Source of the DNA: Candidatus Eiseniibacteriota bacterium
GTDB lineage: Bacteria; Eisenbacteria; RBG-16-71-46
DNA length: 64,000 bases
Direction: 5' to 3'
Assembly: GCA_963725865.1 (NCBI GenBank)
Contig: CAVSAC010000012.1
Coordinates: 224,001 to 288,000 of the forward strand
In this document: positions 51,360 through 60,946 of the stretch, in pieces
Position numbering within the stretch: position 1 is the first letter of the stretch
Layout: each line of letters opens with the position of its first letter
The notes under the pieces: model-generated
Seen by the model: only the letters and a program-made list of their open reading frames with translations
What the model was told of the DNA's origin: nothing
Databases searched by the model: none
Translations under genes and position numbers: made by a program

Positions 51360-52380
51360 TCATGGCGCCGCCTGCGGGCCGGCGGTCGCGCCAGTCCGCT
51401 CGCCGGCGGTGAGCCGCGCGATGAACACGTCCTCGAGCGACGGCTCGATTGTCTCGACCTCGCCGAACTCGAACCCGGCGGCGCGCAGCGCCTGCGTCAC
51501 CTCGGGCCGGCGCCGCGCGGCGTCGTCCACTGCCAGGTGCAGACGATCGCCGAACACGGCGGCCAGCCGCACGCCCGGCAGCCCGAGCGCCCGCTCGCGC
51601 GCCTCGCGCGGCCGATCCACCCGCACGCCGAGCATGGAGCCCGCGAGCGACGCCTGCAGCGCCTGCGGCGTGTCGAGCGCGACCACGTGACCCTGGTGGA
51701 GCAGCGCCAGGCGGTCGAAGCGCTCGGCCTCGTCCATGTACGCGGTGCTCACGATCGCGGTCACTCCACGCGCGACCATCTCGTGCACGATCACCCACAG
51801 GTCGCGGCGCGACACCGGGTCGACGCCGAACGTGGGTTCGTCGAGCAGCAGCAGCCGCGGTTCGTGGATCAGCGCGCACGAGAGCCCGAGCTTCTGCTTC
51901 ATCCCGCCGGAGAGCTGCCCGGCGAGCCGGTCCTGGAACGGGCGCAGGTTCGAGAACTGGTACAGGCGCTCGACGCGGGCGGCGCGCTCGGCGACCGGGA
52001 CCTCGTAGAGGTCGGCGTAGAACTCCGAGGTTCTCGGCCACGGTGAGGTCGGCGTAGAGCCCGAAGCGCTGGGACATGTACGCCAGCGCGGGCTTCACGC
52101 GCTCGGGATCGCGCGCCACCGACACGCCGAATACGGTCGCATCGCCCGACGTCGGGCGCAGCACGCCGGCGAGCATCCGCAGCGTCGTCGTCTTGCCGGC
52201 GCCATCGGGCCCGACCAGGCCGAACAGCTCGCCCGGCCGCACGCTGAACGACAGTCCGTCCACCGCGGTGACCGCGCCGAAACGCCGCACCAGCTCGCGC
52301 GCCCCGACGGCGACCGCAAGGGGGACCGCGGGGTCGTCGACGACCTGCGGCCCGGCGGGCGGAACCGAACGATCGATCAC
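51360..52380 (-). pseudogene. ABC transporter ATP-binding protein with +1 frameshift (assembly error or pseudogene)
   Basis: Walker A GPDGAGKTT is in one frame; LSGGMKQKL and LDEPTFGVDP are in another. Removing one C at 52025/52026 restores ..VAENLEFYADLY.. Confidence 0.85.
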
Positions 52381-53369
52381 CGGGGGCCCTCGAGCACCAC
52401 GTCGGCCGGCATGCCGGGCTTCAGCTCGTAGCGGGGATCGTCCGTGATCCGCACCTTTACCGCGTACACGAGCTTCACGCGCTCCTCGCGCGTCTGCACG
52501 GTCTTGGGTGTGAACTCGGCTTCCGAGGCGACGTACACGACCGCGCCGCGGTACGAGCGGCCCTTGAACGTGTCGCTGGAGATCGTGGCCCGCTGTCCGA
52601 TGTGCACCGTGCCCAGCCGCGTCTCCGGCACGTAGATCTTCACCCAGCGGTCGTCGCGGTCCAGCAGCGTCACCGCCGCCGCGCCGGCCGTGACGATCTC
52701 GCCCGGCTCGTGGTGCTTGACGGTGACGACGCCGGCGAACGGCGCCTTCACGACCATGTTCGCGAGCGTGGCGTCGAACGTGCGGACCGCGGCCTCGGCG
52801 CCCGCGAGGACGGCGCGGGCGGCCGCGATGCGCTCCTGCCGCGGTCCCGCCTCCACCAGGCGCAGCGCCTCGCGCGCCTGCTGGTCGGTCGAGCGCGCCA
52901 CGCTCAGGATCGTGAGCGCCTTGTCGTACTGCTGCTGGCTCACCAGCTTGTCGGCCAGCAGGGCCTTGCTGCGGTCGAAGTCGCGCTGCGCGTCGGCCAG
53001 CTGGTCGGCCGCCGCCTGCGCCGCCGCGCGCGCCTGGGCGCGCTCCTCCGGCCGCGCGCCGCGCTCGAGCTCCTGCAGCGACGCCCGCGCAGCCGCCGCC
53101 TGCGCGGCCGCCTGCTCGCGGCGCGCCAGGGTCTCGGCGCGGTCGAGTCGCGCCAGCTCGGCGCCGGCCCGCACCGTGTCGCCCTCCTGGACCAGCACCG
53201 TCTCGATGCGGCCGGCCACCGTGAAGCCCAGTTCGGCCTCGGTGGCCTCGACGGTCCCGCTCGCCTCCAGTACGCCCGCGTGGCCGTTGCGGCGCACGAA
53301 CAGCACCACGACGACGATCGCGATCAGCAGGATGGAGATCAGGACCAGGGGACGCAGACGGGCACTCAT
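52377..53369 (-). CDS. HlyD family membrane-fusion protein (YbhG-like)
   Basis: N-terminal TM, ASGTVEA, lipoyl halves, coiled coil, EAEFTPKTVQTREERVKLVY, LKPGMPAD. Confidence 0.92.
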   Translation of the reverse strand: MSARLRPLVLISILLIAIVVVVLFVRRNGHAGVLEASGTVEATEAELGFTVAGRIETVLVQEGDTVRAGAELARLDRAETLARREQAAAQAAAARASLQELERGARPEERAQARAAAQAAADQLADAQRDFDRSKALLADKLVSQQQYDKALTILSVARSTDQQAREALRLVEAGPRQERIAAARAVLAGAEAAVRTFDATLANMVVKAPFAGVVTVKHHEPGEIVTAGAAAVTLLDRDDRWVKIYVPETRLGTVHIGQRATISSDTFKGRSYRGAVVYVASEAEFTPKTVQTREERVKLVYAVKVRITDDPRYELKPGMPADVVLEGPR

Positions 53370-54022
53370 GCGGTTCTCTCCTGTCGGCGCACGGGGCGCG
53401 GACGACGTGAGCGCGCACGCGGCGCGCGGGACGGTCGGATGCCGGCGTGGAACACGGCCCAGGCGCGGCGGGCCTGAGCGGTGATGTCGAAGCGACCGCG
53501 GGTGACGTTCCAGAGGATGGCGGGCGGGACATACAGCCCGATGAAGTGGACCGCGAGCGCGCCCGGGTCGAGGTCGGGGCGGATCCGGCCGTCGCGCTGG
53601 GCCTCGCGGATCAGTCCCGCGAGCGCGCGCCGAAAGCGCACGATCACGAGCATCATCTGCCGGCGGTGGCCGACGTCACGCTGGACCGGCTCCGAGAACA
53701 TCACGAACGGAATGCCGCGGTTTTCGACCACCAGCCGCACCTGGAGCATCAGCAGCCGCTCCAGCGCCCCGAGCGCGTCGTCGGACTCGGCGCGCGCGCG
53801 CGCGACGTTCGCGACCATCCGCGTTCCGAGCCGGTCGATGGTCGCCGCCAGCATCGCGTGCTTGCTCGGGTAGTGGCGGTACAGGGCCGAGGGCGCGACC
53901 CCGACCCGCTCCGCGACCGCCGCCACGCTCAGGGAGGCCGCGCCCTGCTCGGCGGCCAGCGCCAGCACCGCCTGGGCGATCTGATCGCGACGCGTTTCGG
54001 TGTGCAGACGGGGTGCTCGCAC
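53366..54022 (-). CDS. TetR/AcrR family transcriptional regulator
   Basis: HTH SVAAVAERVGVAPSALYRHYPSK. SD GAGGAGG before the GTG. Confidence 0.92.
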   Translation of the reverse strand: MRAPRLHTETRRDQIAQAVLALAAEQGAASLSVAAVAERVGVAPSALYRHYPSKHAMLAATIDRLGTRMVANVARARAESDDALGALERLLMLQVRLVVENRGIPFVMFSEPVQRDVGHRRQMMLVIVRFRRALAGLIREAQRDGRIRPDLDPGALAVHFIGLYVPPAILWNVTRGRFDITAQARRAWAVFHAGIRPSRAPRARSRRPRPVRRQERTA

Positions 54023-54036
54023 GACGTCCTCCTCGA

Positions 54037-54125
54037 AGTGAATGCTCGTTCACTATCGAGGAGGCGCGCGGGGCTGTCAAGCCCTCGGTCGGAATTCGGC
54101 GGCGGGAAGTGAACGTCCGTTCACA
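54037..54125 (-). promoter_or_regulatory. Promoter with two palindromic TetR-type operators
   Basis: Minus strand TTGACA(54080-75)-N17-GATAGT(54057-52). GTGAA-N6-TTCAC palindromes at 54038-54053 and 54109-54124. Confidence 0.7.
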
Positions 54126-55446
54126 TCGGCGGTCCGGCCCCCGCACCCGCGGCGTCTCCCGCCGCCCGCGCCTGGCCGCGCGCGAGGTCGACCGTGAGCA
54201 GCAGCCAGGCGCCACCGACGAACAGCGGCAGCAGTGCCAGCACCGCCAGCCGGCTGGATCCGGCCACCTGCGCGACCAGCCCGAACAGCAGCGGACCGAT
54301 CACTCCGGCGACCTTTTCGCTGACCGCGTAGAACCCGAACAGGCGGGTGCGCTCCGCGGCGGGTGCCAGCCGCGCGAACAGCGAGCGCGAGAGCGCCTGC
54401 GCACCGCCCTGGAACAACGCCACCAGCCCCGCCAGCGCCCAGAAGTGCCACGGCCGCGCCATGCGGAAGCCGACCGCCACGATCAGCACGTAGCCCGCGA
54501 GCGCCAGCGCGATCGCGCGCTGCGGGCCCAGCGGGCGCGCCAGCCGCCCGAAGGCGAGGCTCGCCGGCGCCGCCACGATCTGCACCATGAGCAGCGCGCC
54601 GATCAGGTCGCGCTGGCCGATGCCGATCTCGCTGCCGTAGGCGGTGGCCATGCGCATCACCGTCCCGATGCCGTCGCTGTAGAGCCAGAACGCGATCAGG
54701 AACTGCAGCAGCTCCGGATGCCGCGGCAGGCCCCGCAGCGTCGCGAGCACGTCCGCCAGCGGGTGCGGCGCGCCGCTCGCCGCCGCGCGCGCCGGCTCGC
54801 GCACGTCGCGTGCGAGCGGGATCGAGAACACCACCCACCACACCGCGACGCTCAGGAACGAGAGCCGCGTCGCCGCCTCGACGTTGGGCAGCCCGAAGCG
54901 CTGCGGCATCAGGATCCACGCCAGGTTCAGCGCCAGCAGCACCCCGCCGCCGAGGTAGCCGAGCGCGAAGCCGCGCGCCGAGACGCGGTCCATCTGATCC
55001 GCGCGCGCGACCGACGGCAACAGCGCGTCGTAGAGCACCAGGCTCGCGGAGAACGCCACGTACGCCGCCACGAACAGCGCCGCGAGCGGCGGCCACCGGC
55101 CGCCCGGCACCACCGCGAGCCCCGCGGTCGCCAGCGCCCCCAGCAGCATGCAGACGAGCAGCAATGGCTTGCGGCGGCCCGCGCGATCGGCGATCGCGCC
55201 CATCAGCGGCCCCGCGATCGCGGCCAGCAGCTGGCCGCCGGCGACCACGTAGCCCCAGGTCGCAGTCGCCAGGTGCGCGGGCATCGTGCGCGAGGCGGTG
55301 GCGTGGAACCACGCCGGCAGCACCGCCACCATCACCGTGGTCGCGAACGCGGAGTTCGCCCAGTCGTACCAGCACCAGGCGCTCACGGCGCGGCGCTCGG
55401 CGGCGGTCTCGGGCGCGGTCGAAGAGGCCGCAGGGGGCTCGATCAC
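54121..55446 (-). CDS. MFS transporter (UMF1/ATG22-like)
   Basis: WCWYDWANSAF, GAIADRAG, YDALLP, GYLGGG, QALSRSLFA. Confidence 0.9.
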   Translation of the reverse strand: MIEPPAASSTAPETAAERRAVSAWCWYDWANSAFATTVMVAVLPAWFHATASRTMPAHLATATWGYVVAGGQLLAAIAGPLMGAIADRAGRRKPLLLVCMLLGALATAGLAVVPGGRWPPLAALFVAAYVAFSASLVLYDALLPSVARADQMDRVSARGFALGYLGGGVLLALNLAWILMPQRFGLPNVEAATRLSFLSVAVWWVVFSIPLARDVREPARAAASGAPHPLADVLATLRGLPRHPELLQFLIAFWLYSDGIGTVMRMATAYGSEIGIGQRDLIGALLMVQIVAAPASLAFGRLARPLGPQRAIALALAGYVLIVAVGFRMARPWHFWALAGLVALFQGGAQALSRSLFARLAPAAERTRLFGFYAVSEKVAGVIGPLLFGLVAQVAGSSRLAVLALLPLFVGGAWLLLTVDLARGQARAAGDAAGAGAGPPM

Positions 55447-55486
55447 GCCGCAGTCCTAGCACAGCCAGATGCTATATTCGACCCCC

Positions 55487-56527
55487 ATGAACGCGCCGAC
55501 CGTGATCGTCGTCGGGGCCGGAGTGTCCGGGCTCGCCTGCGCCGGAGAGCTGGCGCGGCGCGGCGTGCCGGCGGTGGTGCTCGAACGCGCGCCCGTCGTC
55601 GGCGGCCGCTGCGCGACGCGCCGGGTGATCGACGATCAGCCGGTCGATCATGGAGTGGCGTTCTTCCACACCTGCTCGCACGAATTCGGCGTCGCCCTCA
55701 ACGCGCTCGACGAGGGCGGCAAGCTCCACGGCTGGCCGCAGAACGTGCGCGGCCGCCGCCTGGCCTCGCAGCGCGCCGCGTTCGCGCCCGGCACCAAGCG
55801 CTGGGCGCGCCGCGATGGCGTGGAGGTGTTCCCCCAGCTGCTCGCGCGCGGCCTCGACGTGCGGCTGGAGGCCGACGTGGTCGCGCTGCGCGAGCGCGAC
55901 CACCAGATCACGGTGGCGCTCGCGGACGGCGCCGTGCTCGAGTCGCCGTACGTGGTGCTCGCGCTCCCGGTCACGGAATCGGTCGCGCTCGCCGGCCCGC
56001 TGGCGGCCGACTGGCCGGGCGCCGCGGCTCCGCTGGCGCGGCTCGCGGCGATCGAGATGGTGAGCACGGTCGCGCTGATCGCGGGTTACGACACGCCGGC
56101 GTTCGATCCGCTCTGCGAGATGTGGCACCCGATCGAGACCACCATGCTCCATACGATCGCGCACGACTCCAGCAAGCGGCCGAAGCCGCGCCACGAGGTG
56201 CTGGTGCTGCACGGCCGCCCGGCGTTCTCGCGCGAGAGCCTCGCGCGATCGGCCGAGGCATGGAGCGCGGACCTGCTGTGGGAGGCGGGCGAGCTGCTCG
56301 GGCGCTGGGCCAGCCGACCCGCGTGGACGCACGCTCACGTATGGCGGCATGCGCGGGTGCGCTCGAGCGACCGGCTCGGCGATCCGGTCGCCTTCGAATC
56401 GCCGCGCGGCGCCCGCGTGGCGCTCATCGGCGAGGCGTTCGCGCCCGCCGGCGGACTCGAGGGCGCGTACCTGAGTGGCATCCAGATGGGCGAGCAGATC
56501 GCGATCGCGCAGGGCGTGGTGAGCTGA
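55487..56527 (+). CDS. FAD/NAD-dependent oxidoreductase (renalase-like)
   Basis: GAGVSG, VGGRCATRR, DHGVAFF, W-R-H-A, LEGAYLSG. Confidence 0.85.
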   Translation: MNAPTVIVVGAGVSGLACAGELARRGVPAVVLERAPVVGGRCATRRVIDDQPVDHGVAFFHTCSHEFGVALNALDEGGKLHGWPQNVRGRRLASQRAAFAPGTKRWARRDGVEVFPQLLARGLDVRLEADVVALRERDHQITVALADGAVLESPYVVLALPVTESVALAGPLAADWPGAAAPLARLAAIEMVSTVALIAGYDTPAFDPLCEMWHPIETTMLHTIAHDSSKRPKPRHEVLVLHGRPAFSRESLARSAEAWSADLLWEAGELLGRWASRPAWTHAHVWRHARVRSSDRLGDPVAFESPRGARVALIGEAFAPAGGLEGAYLSGIQMGEQIAIAQGVVS

Positions 56528-56533
56528 GACGCC

Positions 56534-56566
56534 GAAGCGGCGGGCCCGGGGCGAGCCCGCCGCTTC
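56534..56566. terminator. GC-rich hairpin between convergent genes
   Basis: GAAGCGGCGGGC...GCCCGCCGCTTC. Confidence 0.6.
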
Positions 56567-56582
56567 CTGGTTCACCGCTCGA

Positions 56583-57644
56583 CTACCACTGCGGCGGCTT
56601 GGCGAATCCCAGCTCGCCGCGCTCGCGCTCCCACACCCGGCTGCGCCGCGGCTCGATCCCGAGGGCGCGCAGTCCCGCGGTGTACTCGTAGCGGAGCGTG
56701 ATGCGGTCGACCGCCGCGCGCTCGGCACGGAACTCCACCTCGCGCACCGGGTCGAACCGCTGGTCGCCCCAGCCGGTGCCGGGCGTGGACTCCTGCGCCA
56801 GCGGCGCGCGCACCTCGTCGCGGGACTCGATCGCGCCCGACTTCTCGGCGCCACCCGCGCCGCCGCGGAAGTCCGTCGTCGGCTGCGGCGCCGCCGGCGC
56901 GTCGCCGCGACGCGACTCGCGCTCCTCGATCGGGGGCGCCGGCTGCACCTCGTTCTGCGCCCGCGGGCCGTTCTCGCGGCGGACACGATTCCAGTCGTCG
57001 AGGCGCCACGCCGGGCGATCCTCGCGGAACGCCAGCACGCGGATCCAGCCCATGTCACCGTTCGCCTGGCCGGTGCGCTCGGCGTACGAGCGCTCCTCGT
57101 CGACGAACACGAACTTGCGGACGTCGTTCAGAGAGGTGCGCCAGCCGCGGATCACCGTGGTCTCGTACGGGTCGAGCACGTACATCGACTCGTTGTTGCG
57201 CAACGACGAGCGCTCGCCGTTGACGACGTTGAGGCCGTCCACAGCGATCAGCACGCCGATGCGCTGGCCGGTGGTGTTGCGGATCTGGAGCGCGTAGTTG
57301 CGGCCCCTGAAGGCTTCGAAGTAGTGGCGGTCCCACGCCGCCGAGCGCTGGAACAGCGTCGTCGCCCGTCCGTCGACCAGCACGCTGACGTCGACCACGT
57401 TGCCGTCCACCATCGTCCGCGAGCTGATGCTCGCGCCCGCCTCGTGCGGCGCGGCCACCGCCAGCACGGCCGCGAGTGCCAGCGCGGGCGTGAGCGAACG
57501 CAGCAGCACGCGAGAGACGTGCGCGGGCACCCGGACCGGCAGCGGCTCGGGCGCGGGAGTCCACCGTGCGAGAGAGATGCGCCGCGCGCTGGGGCGGCTC
57601 GCGGCGTCGAGCGCCGCGCGGATCAGGGTGACGATGGGGTTCAT
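56583..57644 (-). CDS. Hypothetical exported protein
   Basis: Strong SD GAGGAGG. Internal signal-like segment (LALAAVLAVAAPHEAGA). Globular core GRNYALQIRN..VDGLNVVNG..IRGWRTS..F.F and GTGWG motif. Confidence 0.75.
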   Translation of the reverse strand: MNPIVTLIRAALDAASRPSARRISLARWTPAPEPLPVRVPAHVSRVLLRSLTPALALAAVLAVAAPHEAGASISSRTMVDGNVVDVSVLVDGRATTLFQRSAAWDRHYFEAFRGRNYALQIRNTTGQRIGVLIAVDGLNVVNGERSSLRNNESMYVLDPYETTVIRGWRTSLNDVRKFVFVDEERSYAERTGQANGDMGWIRVLAFREDRPAWRLDDWNRVRRENGPRAQNEVQPAPPIEERESRRGDAPAAPQPTTDFRGGAGGAEKSGAIESRDEVRAPLAQESTPGTGWGDQRFDPVREVEFRAERAAVDRITLRYEYTAGLRALGIEPRRSRVWERERGELGFAKPPQW

Positions 57645-57903
57645 GGCGTTCCTCCTCGGTCGAGCGGTGGTGCGATGCCTTCCACGGTCACATCTGGCAG
57701 GGATTACGCCAGCGTCCGCGGGCTATTCCGGCAGGCTCCCGAAGCGCGTGCGCTCAACGTGTTGCGCGGGCGTGGGTGGGAGCGCCCGCGCGCCGCGCGC
57801 GGGCGGCCGCGGCGGGCCCGCCACACCCCGTGGCGGACCGGCGGCACGCCGCCGGGAATAGACCGCAACGGGCGGCGTATGGCGCCGCGCAGCGGGCAAG
57901 CGA

Positions 57904-57933
57904 AGGGCCCGCCCCTCTGGGAGGACGGGCCCT
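57904..57933 (-). terminator. Hairpin downstream of FG-GAP gene
   Basis: AGGGCCCG...CGGGCCCT, about 50 nt past the stop at 57981. Confidence 0.5.
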
Positions 57934-57980
57934 CGCCGCGCGATCCCGGTCGGGAGTTCGCGCTGGAAGTGGCTCGATCG

Positions 57981-60821
57981 TCAGTTCATCACGATCGCGC
58001 GCGCGGTGAGCGTGCGCTCCGGCGTCACGAGGAGGATGAAGTAGAGGCCCGGGCGCACAGCGCCGGCCTCTGCGAGGCGAATGCGATGCTCGCCGACGTC
58101 GAGCGCGCTCACGTCCTGCTCGGCGATACGACGCCCCGCGAGATCGAACAGCGCGAGGGTGCCGGGCGTGCGATGCGCCAGCGAAAACGCCACCATCAGA
58201 TCGCCCGCGACCGGGTTGGGGCGCGCTCCGGCGAGCGCCAGCCGCGCGGCCACCGGCACCGCGAGCCAGGTCTCGCTCGCGGTCACCAGCGCGCCGCGCT
58301 CGCTGAACGCGAGCCGATAGCCGACACGCTGGCCGGGCGCGAGCGCCGCGTCCTCGAACCGCACGCGGCCGTCGCCGTCGGGATGCAGCCGCGCGCGCTC
58401 GGACCACGCGGCGCCATCGAGCGAGCGCAGCACGATCGCCTCGGTGGCGGGCGCGGCGTCGGTGCTCCAGGTGATGCGCGCGACGCCGGCGTCGATCGAG
58501 GCGGAGACGAGCGAGGCGAGGACGGGAGTGACGACGCCGGGCTCGCTGATGTTGTGGAGCACGAGCATGCCGTAGGGCCTCGCGGTAGGGACCGCGACGT
58601 CGAGGCGGTCGTCCGCATCGAAGCGGCCAATGGCCAGACCGCCGAAGTGAGGCCACGCGGCTCCGGCGTCGCGTCGGCTGACCGCAAATGTACCGTCACC
58701 ATTCCCCCGGAAGACGGTGAGGAACGCGAATGTGCCGCCCCACAGCGAGCCCGTGACGACGTCGACGATCCCGTCACCATCGAGGTCTCCGACCACCATG
58801 CCGCTCCAGATGTCGGGTCCGACCGGGTAGCTTGCCAGACGGCTGAATCGGCCAGTCCCGTCGTTCAGGAGGACATGGATGCCATTGGTGACGGAGTAGT
58901 CGTTGGAATGAAGAATCAGAAGGTCTTGGTCACCGTCGTTGTCGAGATCGGCCAGGTCCAGGCCGCCGATCGGACACCAATTCGCAGACTCACCCCCGCT
59001 CGGGAATCCGAGCCGCTGCACGATCTGCACAGGACCTCGCTCATTGGAGTGGAACACGCACAACGAGTCACCGAGGTGCTCGTCCCACTTCGCGAGCACG
59101 AGGTCGCCGAGGCCGTCCCCATCGAGGTCGCCCACGGCTGCGCGGCATGTGGCTGCGTCGCTGAAAGAGGCGGTTACGCCCAGCGGGAGCGGTGGCAGGA
59201 AGCCCCCGAGTCCATCGCCGGTCAGCAGCGCCAGGTCGCCGGGCCCGTCACGCACCACGAGGTCGACGCCTTGCCCGCCATCCAGGTCGCCAGCGGCGAG
59301 CACCTTTCCGGTGCCGACCGGATTCGCCACCGACAGCGTGCGCGTGTCCTGGCCGAGTCGAACCTCGATCGAAGTCCCCATCTGGGACACCAGGTCGTCG
59401 AGTCCGTCGTGGTCGAGATCGACCACCGTGACCATCGAGCCTGGGCCGAGCGTGGTGGGTGAGCCGAACCCGCTGTCCCCCCGATTGGGGAGCAGGTAGA
59501 GGGAGTCCGCGGTGCCACTTCGAATCAGATCCGCGATGCCGTCGGACCGTAGGTGGATCGCGGTCGCGTCGCCGCGGTTGCGAGGGTCATCCGCGCCGAA
59601 CGGCTCGCAGTACTCGGTACCAGCCAGCCGGGCGTGCGGCCGACCGAAGAACACGGCCATGCCGCGGTACTCGTGCATGTACTCATCGCCGATGAACGAG
59701 TGGGGATAGGCGATCACGTCGTCGAGCCCATCCCCGTCCAGATCGGCGACGGCGACCGTCCGACGAAGGTAACCGGCCGCGTAACTTCGATAGGCACCCG
59801 CCAGCTCGAAGCCGGTGCCGGCGTCATTGCGAAGCACCACGACGGCATCGCGGCCGCGCAGCACGATGTCGTTCCAACCGTCGCGATCGAGATCCGGCGC
59901 TGCAACCCCCACGAGGTAGTCGTCAGCCGCAAAGCCGCCGCCGAGTAGCGATGATGATGCCGTAGTGAAAGCGCCCGACCCGTCGCCGTGGAGCAGCCGA
60001 TCATAGGCGGCGATATCCACGTGACCGTCGTGATTGAAATCGGCCGTGGCGAGCGCGTCGTACCGTCCGGCCGCGGGCGCGCGAAGCGCTGGCCCGAAGG
60101 CACGGCTCCCGAGGTTGGGGATCACCACCAGGGTGTCGGGTCGGGCACCCGGCTCGCCAGAGCGGACCACGTTACCGATGAGATCCGGGAGGCCGTCCTC
60201 GGTGACGTCGGCGGCGAGCCGGAGCCAGAGCGAATTCGTCACGTCCTGCCGAGGCTCGAACGTGCCGTCACCGTGACCCCAGAACACGGCGAGGACGGGC
60301 GCGCTCCCCGACGCGGTCTCGAAGAGCATGGCGAGATCCAGGTGACCATCGGCATCGAGATCGGCGACGACCTGGAAGTCCTCCCAGTGCAGCGCGTCGG
60401 TCGTCACCGTCTCGGGCGCGGCGAACGTGCCGTCACCGATTCCGCGGAGCAATAGTGCTCCGCTGACGAGATCGGGATGTCCGTCCTCGTCGAAGTCCCC
60501 GGTCAGCAGCGTCAAAGACCCGCCAATGACTCCCGCGGAACCGGACACCACCCGGCTGAAGGTGTGGTCGGCATCGTTCAGGTGGACGGCGAAATCTCCA
60601 CCCTGCACGGTCCCCACCGACGCGATGTCGAGTAGCCCATCGCCGTCGAAGTCGGCGATCGCGACGTCCTGGGCTCCAAGGTAGGAGCGATAATCCCCGA
60701 TCGCCAGCTCATGGTCGAAGGCGATCTCGCCTGGGGTGGTAGCGGGGCGGGCGGGAGTCGACACGACTACGAATGCGGCGATGAGGACGAGCTGAATTGT
60801 GCCGGTCGGTCGTGGATGCAT
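57981..60821 (-). CDS. Secreted FG-GAP/VCBS repeat protein with C-terminal Ig + FlgD/T9SS-like domain
   Basis: Start re-picked at MHPRPTGTIQLVLIAAFVVV (signal peptide). Many D-[FL]-D-x-D-G-x-x-D repeats. CTD with ARPNP..FDLAGRR..PGLYF. Confidence 0.88.
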   Translation of the reverse strand: MHPRPTGTIQLVLIAAFVVVSTPARPATTPGEIAFDHELAIGDYRSYLGAQDVAIADFDGDGLLDIASVGTVQGGDFAVHLNDADHTFSRVVSGSAGVIGGSLTLLTGDFDEDGHPDLVSGALLLRGIGDGTFAAPETVTTDALHWEDFQVVADLDADGHLDLAMLFETASGSAPVLAVFWGHGDGTFEPRQDVTNSLWLRLAADVTEDGLPDLIGNVVRSGEPGARPDTLVVIPNLGSRAFGPALRAPAAGRYDALATADFNHDGHVDIAAYDRLLHGDGSGAFTTASSSLLGGGFAADDYLVGVAAPDLDRDGWNDIVLRGRDAVVVLRNDAGTGFELAGAYRSYAAGYLRRTVAVADLDGDGLDDVIAYPHSFIGDEYMHEYRGMAVFFGRPHARLAGTEYCEPFGADDPRNRGDATAIHLRSDGIADLIRSGTADSLYLLPNRGDSGFGSPTTLGPGSMVTVVDLDHDGLDDLVSQMGTSIEVRLGQDTRTLSVANPVGTGKVLAAGDLDGGQGVDLVVRDGPGDLALLTGDGLGGFLPPLPLGVTASFSDAATCRAAVGDLDGDGLGDLVLAKWDEHLGDSLCVFHSNERGPVQIVQRLGFPSGGESANWCPIGGLDLADLDNDGDQDLLILHSNDYSVTNGIHVLLNDGTGRFSRLASYPVGPDIWSGMVVGDLDGDGIVDVVTGSLWGGTFAFLTVFRGNGDGTFAVSRRDAGAAWPHFGGLAIGRFDADDRLDVAVPTARPYGMLVLHNISEPGVVTPVLASLVSASIDAGVARITWSTDAAPATEAIVLRSLDGAAWSERARLHPDGDGRVRFEDAALAPGQRVGYRLAFSERGALVTASETWLAVPVAARLALAGARPNPVAGDLMVAFSLAHRTPGTLALFDLAGRRIAEQDVSALDVGEHRIRLAEAGAVRPGLYFILLVTPERTLTARAIVMN
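57990..58535 (-). repeat. C-terminal cassette copy A (~0.54 kb direct repeat)
   Basis: Near-identical by eye to 60960-61503, e.g. the shared gaaaacgccaccatcagatcgcccgcgaccgggttggg. Confidence 0.85.
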
Positions 60822-60946
60822 TTTCGAGTGCCTCGAGGTCGTACACGCGGTAGATCGAGGTCGGGCCTTCGGAGGAGGTCCGACGGAATGGGGTCGGATC
60901 TTTGACCCGCGTGCGGGGCTTGCGCGGCTGCGCGCGGGTTGCACGC

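Noticed and set aside
51298..53532. 744-aa ORF as an HlyD-ATPase fusion
   Set aside because: Only its middle part (from GTG 52380 to the frameshift) is real coding sequence. The rest is off-frame.
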